Positions 43,591 to 57,075 of a DNA stretch of 64,000 nucleotides are shown piece by piece. Numbering within the stretch: the stretch's first letter is position 1; every line of letters starts with the position of its first letter. Below the pieces are notes generated by a model. That model was not told the DNA's origin, did not search any database, and worked only from the letters and a program-made list of their open reading frames with translations. The stretch is from assembly GCA_050613775.1 (NCBI GenBank), contig JBODTK010000105.1, positions 248,001 through 312,000 on the forward strand, in the 5' to 3' direction. The translations under genes and the position numbers were made by a program. Source of the stretch: Neocallimastix sp. 'constans'. Taxonomy: Eukaryota.

Positions 43591-46500
43591 TTAAGATATT
43601 AATAAATGTCATCAGTAAATATTATATGATATAATATAAAAATTAGTAATATTAATATAGATACGAATAGAGTTTTAAGAATATATGAATATAAATATAT
43701 ATTTTTCTTTTAATCGAATATGTATTTAGAATAGATGGACATTTTTGGTCCGGAAATACATTTAGTAAGTGGATCTGCTGCCATTTTATTGGACTCGATC
43801 TTTTCCAAATTTATTTTGTTTTTTGTTATATTTTCGTAAATGAATTTGTACTTTATGTCCATATGTTTTATTCTGCCTCTGGCATTTTCACTTTCAACCA
43901 TAGCTTTACATGCATTATTATTTACAAAGATCTTTATATTTAATTCTTTGTTAGTAATTTCTTTTATGATTTTTTTTAATTTTAATGTATGTTTAGTGCA
44001 TTCAATGAGACTAACACATTCTGCTTCGGCAGAAGATAATGTAATACATTTTTGTGTTTGTGATTTCCAAGCTATTGGAGCATTTCCCAAGAGGAATATA
44101 AAACCACTTGTTGATCTTCTTGTTGATTCATCACCTCCCCAGTCTGAGTCAGAATATCCAACTAAAGTTTCATTACCATTATAGTAAATTGACTTTTCTT
44201 TTGTTGATTTTAAGTATTGCAAGGTCATCATAGCAGAATCATAATCAGCTTTCGTTGGCTTTTCACAGTTTCTGGCAAGTTGATTTACCGAGAATGCTAT
44301 ATCCAATCTCGTTTTAACAGCAATATAAAGTAATGCTCTTAAAAGTGATTTGTAACTGGTTACATCTACCAACCTGGAATTTTCCCTTTGTTCCATAGTT
44401 ATCCTATGGCATGGAGTATAGATTCTTTTAGTTTTATGCATCATGTATTTTTTGACGATTTTATCAATATAATCCTTTTGATTAATTTTATAGCCCTTTT
44501 TAGCTTTCATAATATTAATACCAATGATTTTATTAGCAATTGATTCTTTAGATATTTTGTATTTTCTTTTAATTTTGTTGATAATTTCTTTAATTTCATC
44601 TTCATTACCGGTTAATAATATGTCATCAACGTATAAATTTAAAATTGCATATAATTTATGATTCTTATTATACTTACAAAATATACATTCGTCAGTATCT
44701 AATTGATGTAATCCTATACTTTTTAGAAATTTTGTAATTTCCTTATTCCAAGCTCTTCCGCTTTGTTTTAAGCCGTACAAAGCTTTATTTAATAACCAAT
44801 ATTTCTCTTTATTAAAATTCTTGTCTCCTTCTGGAATTTTTACAAATATTTTTTCTTTCAATTCAGCATTTAGATATGCTGCTTTTATATCGATTTGAAT
44901 TATATTCCAATTCATTATAGATGCTATGGCGATAGTAATTCTTAAACTATCAGATTGTAAAGTCGGAGCATATGTGTCAATGAAATCCTTCCCTTTAATT
45001 TATTTGAAGCCTCTAATTACAAACCTGGCTTTTCTTGTTCCGTCATCTTTAATCGTGAATACACATGTACCATCAAGTATATTTGCATCTTTAGGTATTT
45101 CACTACTGTCAACAACTGTTGTGACATGATTATCATAAATATTTTTAAATTCTTTAGCTATCGCTATTTTCCATTTTTCACGATCAGCTGATTCTAACGC
45201 TTGTTTATATGTTTGAGGAACATTTGTTTTAACACATAATATATTATTCTCTTTATTATTTATTGATAATTTTCCATCATCCGACTTTTCAACTGGAATA
45301 TGTAAATCATTTTTTGTATCTTCGTTGTGATCCACTTTATACAATTGTCCTGTTTTATTAATATTAATTATGCTTGACGACCTTTCCCCCTCAATTGATG
45401 AAGTGGATGCTTCCAGTAGTGAACTAATAATTTTATTAGTAAAAAAAGGAGTATTAATAGTGCCTGGTAGATTTTCAAAAAAATAGACATCCCTAGCAGT
45501 GATGATAGAGTTAGTGTCTATATCTAAAATCTTGTACCCAGTTGAATCATTAGAATAACCCAAAAAAATACCTTGCTTTGCGTTATTTTCGTATTTATCC
45601 CTTTTATAATTATTGAAGAACGCTACTTTGCATCCGAAAACTTTTAGGTTTGAAATATCTGACAATTTATTGAAGAAGACATCGTCCGGAACTAAATTAT
45701 TATTTCCTTGATGAGGATTTAAGTTGTATAATTTTGCAGCTACAACAATAGCCTCATCCCAGAAACAAAGAGGAAGTTTTGCCTAATTTAATAACGTTTT
45801 GGAGCAATTATTTAATGTTTGGTTTAAGCGTTCTGCTTTACCATTTTGTTCATGTGCGCCAGCTTCAGAATGGATAAATTTTATACCATTTTCATGAACG
45901 AAATTAGAAAATTGTTGTTTATATATTCGAGACCTCTATCAGACTTCAGTATTTTAATATGGTATCCATAGACATTTTTCATTAATTTGTAAAAATCCAT
46001 AAATTTTCCTAAGACTTCATTTTTAGCTTTAATGGGATATACCCAACATTTTCTCGAATAATCGTCTAAAAAGGTAACATAAAATTTGAATCCACTGTTC
46101 GATATTTTGAGCTTGCCAACGACATCTGTGTGGACCAATTCCAAAGGATTTGTTGTTTTATTTGTTGACGTGTTGAACTTTGCCCTTTTCATTTTACTAA
46201 TTTTGCATTGTTTACAAATGTGCTTATTTTGGGTATGATCCTTAACATAATTTTCTAATTCCTTATTTACAAAATGGCCAAGTCTGGCATGCCAAAGGTT
46301 ATGTTCAATATGATTTACTAGCAATCTATACCCGTCAACATAATTTACATCATTGTTAGTTTGTAAATCTTTTGATTTCATTACAAATAAACCTTCATTG
46401 TTTGAGTTGAGATTAATAATATATTTATTATTCTTTGTGATAGTTAGTACCTTCTTATTTCTAATTTTTCTAATGTTTAGTTCAAAACCCATATTTAATA

Positions 46501-48521
46501 TATGGTTTGGCGAAATTAAATTATTTTTTATATTCGATGCGAAATAAACATTTGGTATGGAAAAAATCTTATTTTTATATTCCCCTTTGTACATTCCAAC
46601 ATATTTTATAATTTCAGTAGTTCCATTAGCATAAGTAATTGTTCTTTCTTCAATTTCCTTAACATTTGTTAATTTATTACAGTCTTTTATTAAATTGATA
46701 GCAGTTCCACTATCAATAATCCAAGAGGTAGAGGATATATTCGGATTTTTGGAGGTATCTATATCTTCGAATTTTCTCTTCTTGTTGTGGCCTTTTATGA
46801 AATCATTTTTTGCGAGGGAACAAGAGACATAATTAGAATTAAAATTTAATGATTTTATAACATCTGAATCAGAATCAGAATGTTGATTAGTGTGTTTTTT
46901 AATTTTATTTTCAACATTACATGATTTAAGTATTTTATTATATTTTTTAGTTTTTAACTTTAATTTTCTTTTTCTACCTTTATTTATCTTATTATTACTT
47001 GAATTGCTTTGGTTGGTTTTAATTTTATAGCAATTCTTAGTTATGTGTCCATATTTTTCACATATGTAACAATAGTTGTCTTCTATATGGACCTTTTCTC
47101 TTTGATTTTTATTTTTATCAAAGTTGAAGTTGTATGGTAACTTACCCATTTGGACTCTGTTTATATTGTTATTATATTTATCGAAATTATTATTATCAGT
47201 TAAATTCTTTATTGTTACCATCAGCGAATTTAATTTGTACATTTTTTTCTTTAAATTCGTCATAAGAATTGCAATCAACCAAATAGACAAATAAAGGATG
47301 TATTCTGGTATTTATAAGTTCCTTAAAAATGTGAGTTATTTTATAAATATCATCTAGTGATTCTTTATTTAATTTATCACATTCTGTTTTTCTAAGGTTA
47401 TATAATTCGTCCATTTTATGTATATAGCTTAAAAAATCATTATCTTCAATTTTTAAGCATTTAATTTGTTTATTGATATTATCAATATAGGATTGACCTG
47501 TTTGATAATATCTTTCTTTTAATCTACTCATCATTTCAAACGCTGTTTTACATCCTTTTAGTACATCATTTCCCTCTTCATCAAGACTAGATTCAATTAT
47601 TGACTGGGTTTTATTATCCTTTTTAATTTCCAGTTGATTCATTGATTTAGTTTCCTTTTGGACTTCAATGAAATTTATTAAATCCGTTGAAATAAGGTGA
47701 TGTACTAAAGGTTTATACCATTGTTGAAAATTAATAGAAGTTAAATGAAAGTTTTTAATGTGAAAAGGAACATTATTTGTTCCTTCATCACCTTTAGTAT
47801 TTACATTGATACTATTATTGTCTTCATTATTACTTCTTATTTTCATATTTTCAATGGTTTTTATAAATGCGTTTGTTATTTGTTCAAGATTATTATGATT
47901 ATTGTTGTTTATAGCTTCTAAAAGTTTTTGTAAACCTTTATTTACCAGTTCAGAATTATCCAAGGTTTCTTTTTCTCTTGAATTATTACTGGTACTAGCT
48001 ATATTGTTTGATGAGTTAGAGAACTCATTATTTTTAGAATCCATGTTTTATGTTTATTTAATTTATAAAATTTAAATTTTGATTAATAATTTATTAATTT
48101 TAATTGTTTTAAAATTTTAAATCCTTTGTTTAAATTTTAATCAAAATTTTTAATTTTTAATTTTATAATGTAAATTTCAATATTTAAATTTTGAAATTAA
48201 TTTAGTGATTTCAAAGTAAAGTCTTTTGTAAAACTAAATTATATAACCAAATAATACAATAATACCTTACATAGAGTCGTTGAGACTCTTAATCTATTAA
48301 GTTTAGGTTTGGAATACACAATAAATATTAATAAAAATTCTTAATATAATTTCAGATGAACTTATGTTTTTATTTGTTTACTTTTTTATTTATTTATTTC
48401 TTACTTCTAAGATTATTATTTTTTTTAATAGTTATATAAATTTATATTTACAATGTAATTGATAATGTATTAAAATGTATATTTAGTATTTTGTATCTAA
48501 ACACTGCCACAATATTTAACA
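43284..48521 (-). mobile_element. Ty1/Copia retrotransposon E, full length, inserted in the 3' LTR of Copia D
   Basis: LTRs 43284-43517 and 48295-48521 (TG..TA). TSD CATAT at 43279-43283 and 48522-48526. PBS 48281-48294. PPT AGGGGGAA at 43518-43525. Confidence 0.95.
43710..48044 (-). pseudogene. gag-pol: Copia E gag-pol, frameshifted
   Basis: CYICEKYGHITKNC, WIIDSGTA, WHARLGH, ELVHTDV, QIDIKAAYL, LYVDDIL, YSDSDWG, ADPLTK. Confidence 0.9.
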
Positions 48522-48632
48522 CATATAAATATAACTTTACATTAATAAATTAATGTACGGAGTTCTTTAATATAAATAAATAAATAGAATATTAATTTTT
48601 TATAAACATTCGCGAGTTTCTACCGATAGTCG

Positions 48633-48677
<45 letters not shown>

Positions 48678-51669
48678 CGGCTGGCACAATTATTAATTTA
48701 GTTTTAATTAATAATTTTTATTTATTTTTAATTAATAAAGAATTCTCAATTTAATAATTCATGAATAATAAAATATATATAATAAAATATTATTATATAA
48801 TAATATGATTTACATGAATTTCTTATATACACGTGTATAAATTTACAATTACATAAATGTGTAACATTTAAATAAACTTATGAATATATTTATATTTTTA
48901 TGTTTTGTATATAACTAGTTATATTTTAAATATTTAATTAATAAATATTTATTTAAATTTATTTATTTTATTTGTTTATTTAAATAAAATATTGAATTAA
49001 ATTATATTAAATATCTTGTAATTACAAATTAAAATATAAATTAATATGTATCTAGAACAAGCCACAAATAAATATAAAAACATGTAATTTTATCTGTACT
49101 TTAAATCTTTGTTAACCATTTATATAACATTTGCGTTATATATCTAATTATTAATAAATAAATATTAAACAATAATAGATTAAGAGTCTCAATCCTCTAT
49201 AATAATAACAAAGCTTTAAATTTAAAAATCGATTTTAACAAAGTATTAAGATGGCCTATCAGTTTAACTTAGCTAAGGACCAACATCTTCGTGGTGCATC
49301 CAATTTTTCCACAAGGTATTTCCTTATCATGACTGCAGCTAGGTGATATGGAATGGAAGAATTCATTGAAGAAGATGTTATCTCTCACCTGAAGGATAAT
49401 AACTATATGTTTAATCCTATTGGAGAATCTAAGACGGTAAAAGCTATCCTGAAGATTATTGAGGAATTACAATTAAATCATGGAGAAAATGTAAACTACA
49501 ATGAAGTGTTTACTCAAAACCGAAATAGAATTATTGCTAAAGTAGAAGAGAAAGACTCTCAGTTAATGCTTATGGTGATTCAAAACATTGAAGACAAAAT
49601 ATTAAGGGAAGTTAGTAGAATGAAGAAAACATTCACAATTATGGAAAAGCTAACTTCAAAATTCGGTAATATGAATAATGATACTGAATACTGGCTCAAG
49701 AAATTGCGAAAACTTAAGGCAAATGACCTTAACCAAGTAATGAAGATGGCTGATAGCGTAAATGAAATATTCGGTGAAATGGAAGATGCCGGAGTAAATT
49801 TGACTGAAAGGGAGAAATTAAAGTACATGTTCAATATTTTACCGAATGACTTTAAAAAACATTATAGATGTAACCTTAGAAACTACCGCCAGACAATTAT
49901 ATGAAATATAAAAGATAGAATTTCAGCTAGATCATATCTAGAAAATTGGGAAAATACAATGGATGAACATGATGATCATGATGATCCAATGGATATAGAT
50001 CTAATTGAAAAACGGTATAGAAATAAAAACTATCATAAAGGAAAAGGTTTTATTAAGAAAATAAACAGAAATAATATCAAAACTAACAAAAATTTAAATT
50101 GTCATATTTGTGAGATAAGAGCACATCTCATAAAAGATTGTAAATACAATATGAAAGCAAGAGAAAACAAAAAGGAAGGGAGGCAACAATCACTCTACCA
50201 GAAAAACCATAAAAATGAAGAAAATTAAAATCATTTGGTTTAGTGGAAAAAATAACTTCCAAACATGAAGAAAGTGACAGCGAAAGAGATGATAATTTTG
50301 AAGACATCAAACCATTATGTGAACCACATATTAATGATGCTTTGATAATTGAATCAATAAATGAACCATTTAATATAGATAATAATGAAAAATCTGTAAA
50401 CATAATTGAAAGAAATATAGAAAGTAACGAAACAATTGAATGATATTATGATAGTGGAGCTTACGAACGTGTAACTAATGATAAAAACCTTTTGAAAGAT
50501 TATAAAGAAGATTTTGTACAACTAAGATGTGCAGACAATACTACTTTAGACTTTGAAGGATATGGTAGTTGTGAATTTACCATAAACAACTACCATATAA
50601 AATTAAACAAAGTGTTATATTCAAAAAAGATACATAAAAACTTGATAAGTGCCATCGAATTCGCAAAAATAGGTATAACATTCGTTATTGAGCCATTAAG
50701 TCAAAAAAAAGTAAAATTGACTATATCTGAATGTGATAAAAATGTTATTGGAACGTTTCTATCAAATGATTTCAATCAATTTAAAATAAACACAAAAAGT
50801 ACAATAAATAATCAAAATATTTTATTATTAGATGATTTAGGACAAAACAGTCTAGAAATATGGTATAGAAGAATGGGCCATCAATATATAAGAAATATTT
50901 CTAAACATTTAGAATTACACGAGATCAAGATCCCAAAATGTAAAGAATGTAAAGTAGTAAAAATGAAGCATTCCCCACATAATGGGAACAATCCTAAATC
51001 AAACAAGATACTTGAAGTTATACACTCTGACATTTCGGGGCCATATAACAGTTCTATTAATGATAAAAAATATTTTATAACTTTCTTAGACGAATATTCA
51101 TGGAAAGTATGGCTATTCACATTAAAATCTAAAGCTGAAGCGCCAGACATTATAATTGATTTTCTCAAATATCTTAACAATCAATATGAAAACCATAAAG
51201 TTAAAATATTTAAATCTGATGGTGGTAAAGAATATAAAAATAAGAAAATAAGAAGATACTGTAAAGATAATGGAATTGGAAAATCATTCTCTCCACTATA
51301 TCGTCCAGAAAATAATGGAAAAACCGAAAGGATAAATCAAACAATAAAAAACACAGCTAAAACTTTATTATTTTGGGCAAAATTATCTGAAAATTTCTGG
51401 GAATATGCAGTCAGACATGCGGCTTATTAGTATAATAAGATTTCTCATGAAGGAAATAATAATTTAATACCTGATGAAGTCATATCAGGAAAAAGTATTT
51501 CTTTAAAACACTTAAGAACTTTTGGATATATATATGTTATTATATTGATAATATGGAAAACAAATCCAATTTCACTCCAAAAGCAAAGGAAGGAATATTT
51601 CTTGGTTTCAGCAAGAAAAATTACTCATATAGGATTATGGACATAAAAAACAAAAGAATACACCATGTC

Positions 51670-52431
51670 TGTAAAGATTTAATTAAATCTTTAATAATTA
51701 ATTATTACATAATTAATTAATGTAATAAAATTACATAAATTTATGATTTACTTATATGAAAATTAATTATAAATTTATGTAAACTTCTCATAAAGGATAA
51801 ATTATTATTTAGATAATTTTGGATAATAAATTTAATTTAAATAATTTATTTAAGTTAGTTAATTTAATTTAGTTTATTTAAACTAGTTATTCTATTTAAC
51901 TTAGTTTAGTTAGTTTAAAATACTTTAAAATTAATTTGGGAATAGTTTTAAATAGTTAAAATTAGTTTAAATAGTTTATAAAAATAGTTTTGAATTGTAA
52001 ATATATAAACATTAGTATTAATAATATTTAAATAATAAATAAATAATAAATGAGTTCTTATTGAATTCAATTATTATTGTAAATAAGTTGAAAGTTTATT
52101 GAATTAATTATTGTTTAGTTTTAATTAATTATTATTTAATAAAATTATTAATAAATATTTTGTTTATAAATAAATAGTAATATATGTAAATTAGATAGAA
52201 ATAATATATTAAAATGTAATCATGAAAAAATATAAATACATGTAAAATTCATTATTTAAATCGATGTATTAGTTATTGACTATCAAATAGTTAAAAACGA
52301 GAAGAGATTTATTTTTAAATTTAATAAAAGATTATTTATTAAAAAAAAAAAGGAAATTTTTTTTTATTACGTGTTTTAAAATATTTTGTGTATTTTGTTA
52401 TTTGTAATCTGTTTCTTCCAAACTCTTTACA
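51670..52431 (+). mobile_element. Solo-LTR-like insert 1 (762 bp)
   Basis: Ends TGTAAAGA..TCTTTACA. TSD ATGTC. Splits the HHVREVE coding sequence that is intact in B'. Strand is tentative, from the TATAAATACATGTAAA motif. Confidence 0.9.
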
Positions 52432-53409
52432 ATGTCAGAGAAGTAGAATGTTTAGAGGAATGTCCAGCAAACTATATATATGAGAAAGAAGGATTTGTGG
52501 ACCCATATTTCTCTTTTACAAAAATTGGAAATAATATAGTAAATAATAATAATTATAATGAAAATAATCATTATAAATGAAAATGTAATTAATAATATAG
52601 AAAACATAAATAATGTTTTAAACAATGAAAATAATAATTTAAATGAAAACAATAATAATATTGATTTAAATAACATTATTTAAAACGATAATTTAAATAA
52701 TATGAATATGGATAACTAGGATAATAAAATAGAAGCGGAAAATAATTTACATGAAAATAACACGAAAATAATTATTAATACTTTAGATAATATGTATAAT
52801 AATAAAAAATAGATAAAAGTAAAGAAAATATGGTTTATAATATTAACAACGACGACATAATTAATTTAAACAATAAAAATAGCAAAATTAAAACAATAAC
52901 CTTAGAAAAGGAAGTAAAAACAAATAAATTATTGGACATTAATAAAACAAATAACACACATAGCAATAAAACATGATATTACTTAAGAACAAAATAATTT
53001 ATACGCAAAAAATAATGTTAATTCAAATGTAATTTCTTAGGTAAATAATGAAATTTCAAATAATGTAAAACATAGTAACAATAATATAGTTCGTATAAAT
53101 AAAAATTATAATAAATAAAATATTAACACAGTACTGGAAAAACAAAATATAATTCAAAATGTCAATAACAATTCTTTAAATAATAATAATGATTTTATAT
53201 TAACCAATATCCAGTAAATAATAAAAATAATTTAAATCTTTCTTTAAAAAACGTGGTAAATAATTTTTACATTGAAAAAGGTGAATGCAGTTATTTTTCT
53301 TATAAAAATAAAATAATTGGGCAGAAAAAGGAAAAGATGTTGAAAATCCTTCAATTATCCATAAGGAATATAGTAAAAATTCCTGTAAAAATGATATTGT
53401 TTTACCGAC

Positions 53410-54151
53410 TGTAAAGAGTTTGGAAGAAACAGATTACAAATAACAAAATACACAAAATATTTAAAAACACGTAATAAAAAAATTCCTTTTTTAATAAATA
53501 ATCTTTTATTAAATTTAAAAATAAATCTCTTCTCGTTATTAACTATTTGATAGTCAATAACTAATACATCGATTTAAATAATGAATTTTACATGTATTTA
53601 TATTTTTTCATGATTACATTTTAATATATTATTTCTATCTAATTTACATATATTATTAATTATTTATAAACAAAATATTTATTAATAATTTTATTAAATA
53701 ATAATTAACTAAAACTAAACAATAATTTATTCAATAAACTTTCAACTTATTTACAATAATAATTAAATTCAATAAAAACTCATTTATTAATAATATTTAT
53801 TATATAAATATTATTAATACTAATATTTATATATTTACAATTCAAAACTATTTTTGTAAACTATTTAAACTAATTTTAACTATTTAAAACTATTCCGAAA
53901 TTAATTTTAAAGTATTTTAAACTAACTAAACTATATTAACTAACTTAAATAAAATAACTAAATTAAATAAACTAAATTAACTAACTTAAATAAATTATCC
54001 AAAATTATTTAAATAATAATTTATCCTTTATGAAAAGTTTACATAAATTTATAATTAATTTTCATATACGTAAATCATAAATTTATGTAATTTTATTACA
54101 TTAATTAATTATTACATAATTAATTATTAAAGATTTTATTAAATCTTTACA
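53410..54151 (-). mobile_element. Solo-LTR-like insert 2 (742 bp), same family, opposite orientation
   Basis: Ends TGTAAAGA..TCTTTACA. TSD CCGAC. Reverse complement of insert 1. Confidence 0.9.
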
Positions 54152-57075
54152 CCGACTTTGATAAATACTGATAATTCAAATATAAATGATACAAAGACAA
54201 ATAAAAATTCCCCTGCCAGTACTCCTGTAAAAACATTTAAAGAAAATATTGATATTTCAAAATTTAAAAATGAAAAAAAAATTTAATAATAAAAATTATT
54301 CAAAAAATGAAGAAAAATTTAATTTACAACCATTGGATAATGGTAAAATTATTAAATCTCATAATTTAAATTCAGACCCAATAATGACGAAGAATAATAA
54401 TATTATGAATAATAATTCCACTAAATTAAAATCTTTTAATACATCACGTGAATCTACAACATTTATTGATAAAGATAATAAGTTACATAAAATTAATGAT
54501 AATAGTAATAAATCAATGAAACTTAAAAATTTTTCAAAAATTAATCAAAAATTTATAAATAAAATTTTTTTTCAAAATGTCAATAATAAAAATATAATTA
54601 ATGATAAAAATAAAATCAATACATCAGTAACAAATGATACTTTTGATAAAACATTTAAACTTTCTCATAATAAATCTTTAAATAATGAAGATTCTGTCAC
54701 CAAAAATATTAAAGATGATAATTATAATAATAATATTATTGCTACTAATGAAAATATACAAGGTAATGTCGTAGATAATAATCTATCAAATAACAATTCT
54801 AATTATTCAAATTTATATGAAAATGTTTATATCCCTAATGGCGGCAAAACTTCCCAGGGTTATTATTCTATTAACCATGATTTAGGTTCTGATACTAATT
54901 ACATTATTAATAATATTATTCCCATCATTTCTGACCAAGATGTAAATATGGCTGATGATATGACAGGAATTAACAATCAGTCCCTACTCAAACGTCCTTT
55001 AAGTCCTGAAACTTTCTCTAATGTTACTAATGATGTCTCTCGACCTAAATATATGATGTTTCCAATAATGAAAAAATGGTTTTTACAATTTATTCTGATA
55101 CACCTAATAGTTATAAAGAAGCTATTAATTGTCCTAATAAAAATAACTGGTATAAAGCCATACAAGATTAACTTAATAATTTATACAATAATAATGTTAT
55201 GTCCATTGTTAATTACATTCCTAAAAACAAAAATCTTATTTCTACAAAATTGGTTTTTGCTATCAAAAAAGATTCTAATTATATTATTGTTAGATTTAAA
55301 GCTCGCCTAGTTGTTAGAGGTTTTAAACAACGTAGAGGTATTAATTATGAACTCGCTTATTCTCCTACCTTAAATATTAATGGATTAAAGCTTATTATCG
55401 TTTTAGCAGGTAAGTTTAATTGGAATATCTTCCAATTAGATATTAAAGCTGCGTATTTCAACGCTCCTTTAGATACTGATATATATACTACTATTCCATT
55501 AGGAGATACTAACTTTGGACGGGGATTCTGGAAACTCAATAAAGCAGTATACGGATTAAAACAATCCGGTAGGCGATGGAACCAAACGATCACAAAATTT
55601 TTAAATAAAAATGGATTTAAACAAATAAAATCTGAAAAGTGTATATTTAAATATTCAAAGAATAATAAAACCAAATGCATCATAGGTTTATATGTAGACG
55701 ATATGATCATAACTGGTGAAGACAAAGAAATACAAAATATTATTACAAAAATTAAAGAACAAATTTAAAATATTAAATTGTGGACCAGCTGAATTCATAC
55801 TTGGTATAAAAATTTAAAAACAAAAGAATAAATATATTATATCGCAAAATAGTATTATAAATAAAATGTTAGACATATTTAATATAAAAGAAATGAGTAA
55901 AAGAAAAACACCATGCACAGGAGATAACACTATCTCTGAAAATAATAAACCTTTCAATAAAACAATCAACAAGAGTGCAATAGGTTCCTTAATATATTTA
56001 TCAAAATGTACAAGGCCAGATATCGCATTTTCCGTGAACAAAGCTGCCAGAAAATCAGAAAAACCCACAATATCAGACTGGAATAAAATACCAAATATAT
56101 TCAGATATATATATAGTACAAAAGATTATAAAATTGAATGTGATATACAAGGGAAAATAATATCATACACTGATGCCGATTTTGGAGGTGATCTAAATGA
56201 CAGGAAATCTACGTCTGGTGGAATAATACTTATGGGAAACAGTCCAATATGCTGGATTTCTAAAAAACAAACATGTGTAGCTACGTCTACAGCAGAAGCA
56301 GAATTCATTAGCACATCCGAAAATATTAAAAAGATTCTATGGATCAGAAATATTTTAAAAGATTTAATAAATTATAATAAAACAATTACCATTTTCACAG
56401 ATAATTTAGCAAGTAAAATAACTATTGAAAATGGTGAAATCAGTATAAAGTTAAAATACATAGATATTATATTTCATTTTAATAGAGATAACATAGTAAA
56501 AAGGAAAGTAAAATTGGAATACAAAGATACAAAAGAAATGTTAGCTGACGCTCTCACTAAAGATATTAATGGCACAAAAATGAGTATATTTGCAAATAAG
56601 ATTTTTAGTATTTAAAAATCTAATTTGAGGGGGAGTGTTAACGTATGTTAATTTTATTAATATAAAGTTATAGTCTAGCTTAAGTTTAATAAAATATTAA
56701 ATTAAATTATATTAAAGATATTGTAATTATAAATTAAAATATAAATTAATATGTATCTAGAACAAGCCACAATTAAATATAAAAACATGTAATTTTATCT
56801 GTACTTTAAATTTTTGACTATTGACGAGCATCTAATAAATCTTAAACAAGTTTTTGAAATATTTCGTAAGTTTGAAAATCAACATTGAAAAATGTTGCTT
56901 TGTCAAAGAGGAGGTAGAACTACTCGGCTATGTAGTATCTAATAACGGCCTCAAAACTATAAAATCAAAAGTTAATGTTGTAGCTAAATGGATTAAACCA
57001 GAAAACATCTCAGAACTTAGATCTTAGGTTCTGTAGGTCATTACAGAAAATTTATTAATAATTTTGTCATGATAG

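Larger units (their letters stand above)
34189..48639 (+). mobile_element. Ty1/Copia retrotransposon D, internally deleted; 3' LTR interrupted by a Gypsy element and by Copia E
   Basis: 5' LTR 34189-34478 (TG..TA) and PBS 34479-34492. 3' LTR remnants 43247-43283 and 48522-48639 match the 5' LTR. TSD ATAAT. Confidence 0.88.
48980..56815 (+). mobile_element. Ty1/Copia retrotransposon B (same family as B'), both outer LTR ends lost, carrying two solo-LTR inserts
   Basis: 5' LTR part ~48980-49177, PBS 49178-49191, gag ATG 49251, pol end 56615, PPT GAGGGGGAG, 3' LTR 56636-~56815. Near-identical inverted match to 22920-29028. Confidence 0.92.

Noticed and set aside
48678..48980. Possible extra LTR fragment replacing the 5' end of Copia B
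   Set aside because: No second copy, termini or TSD in the window.
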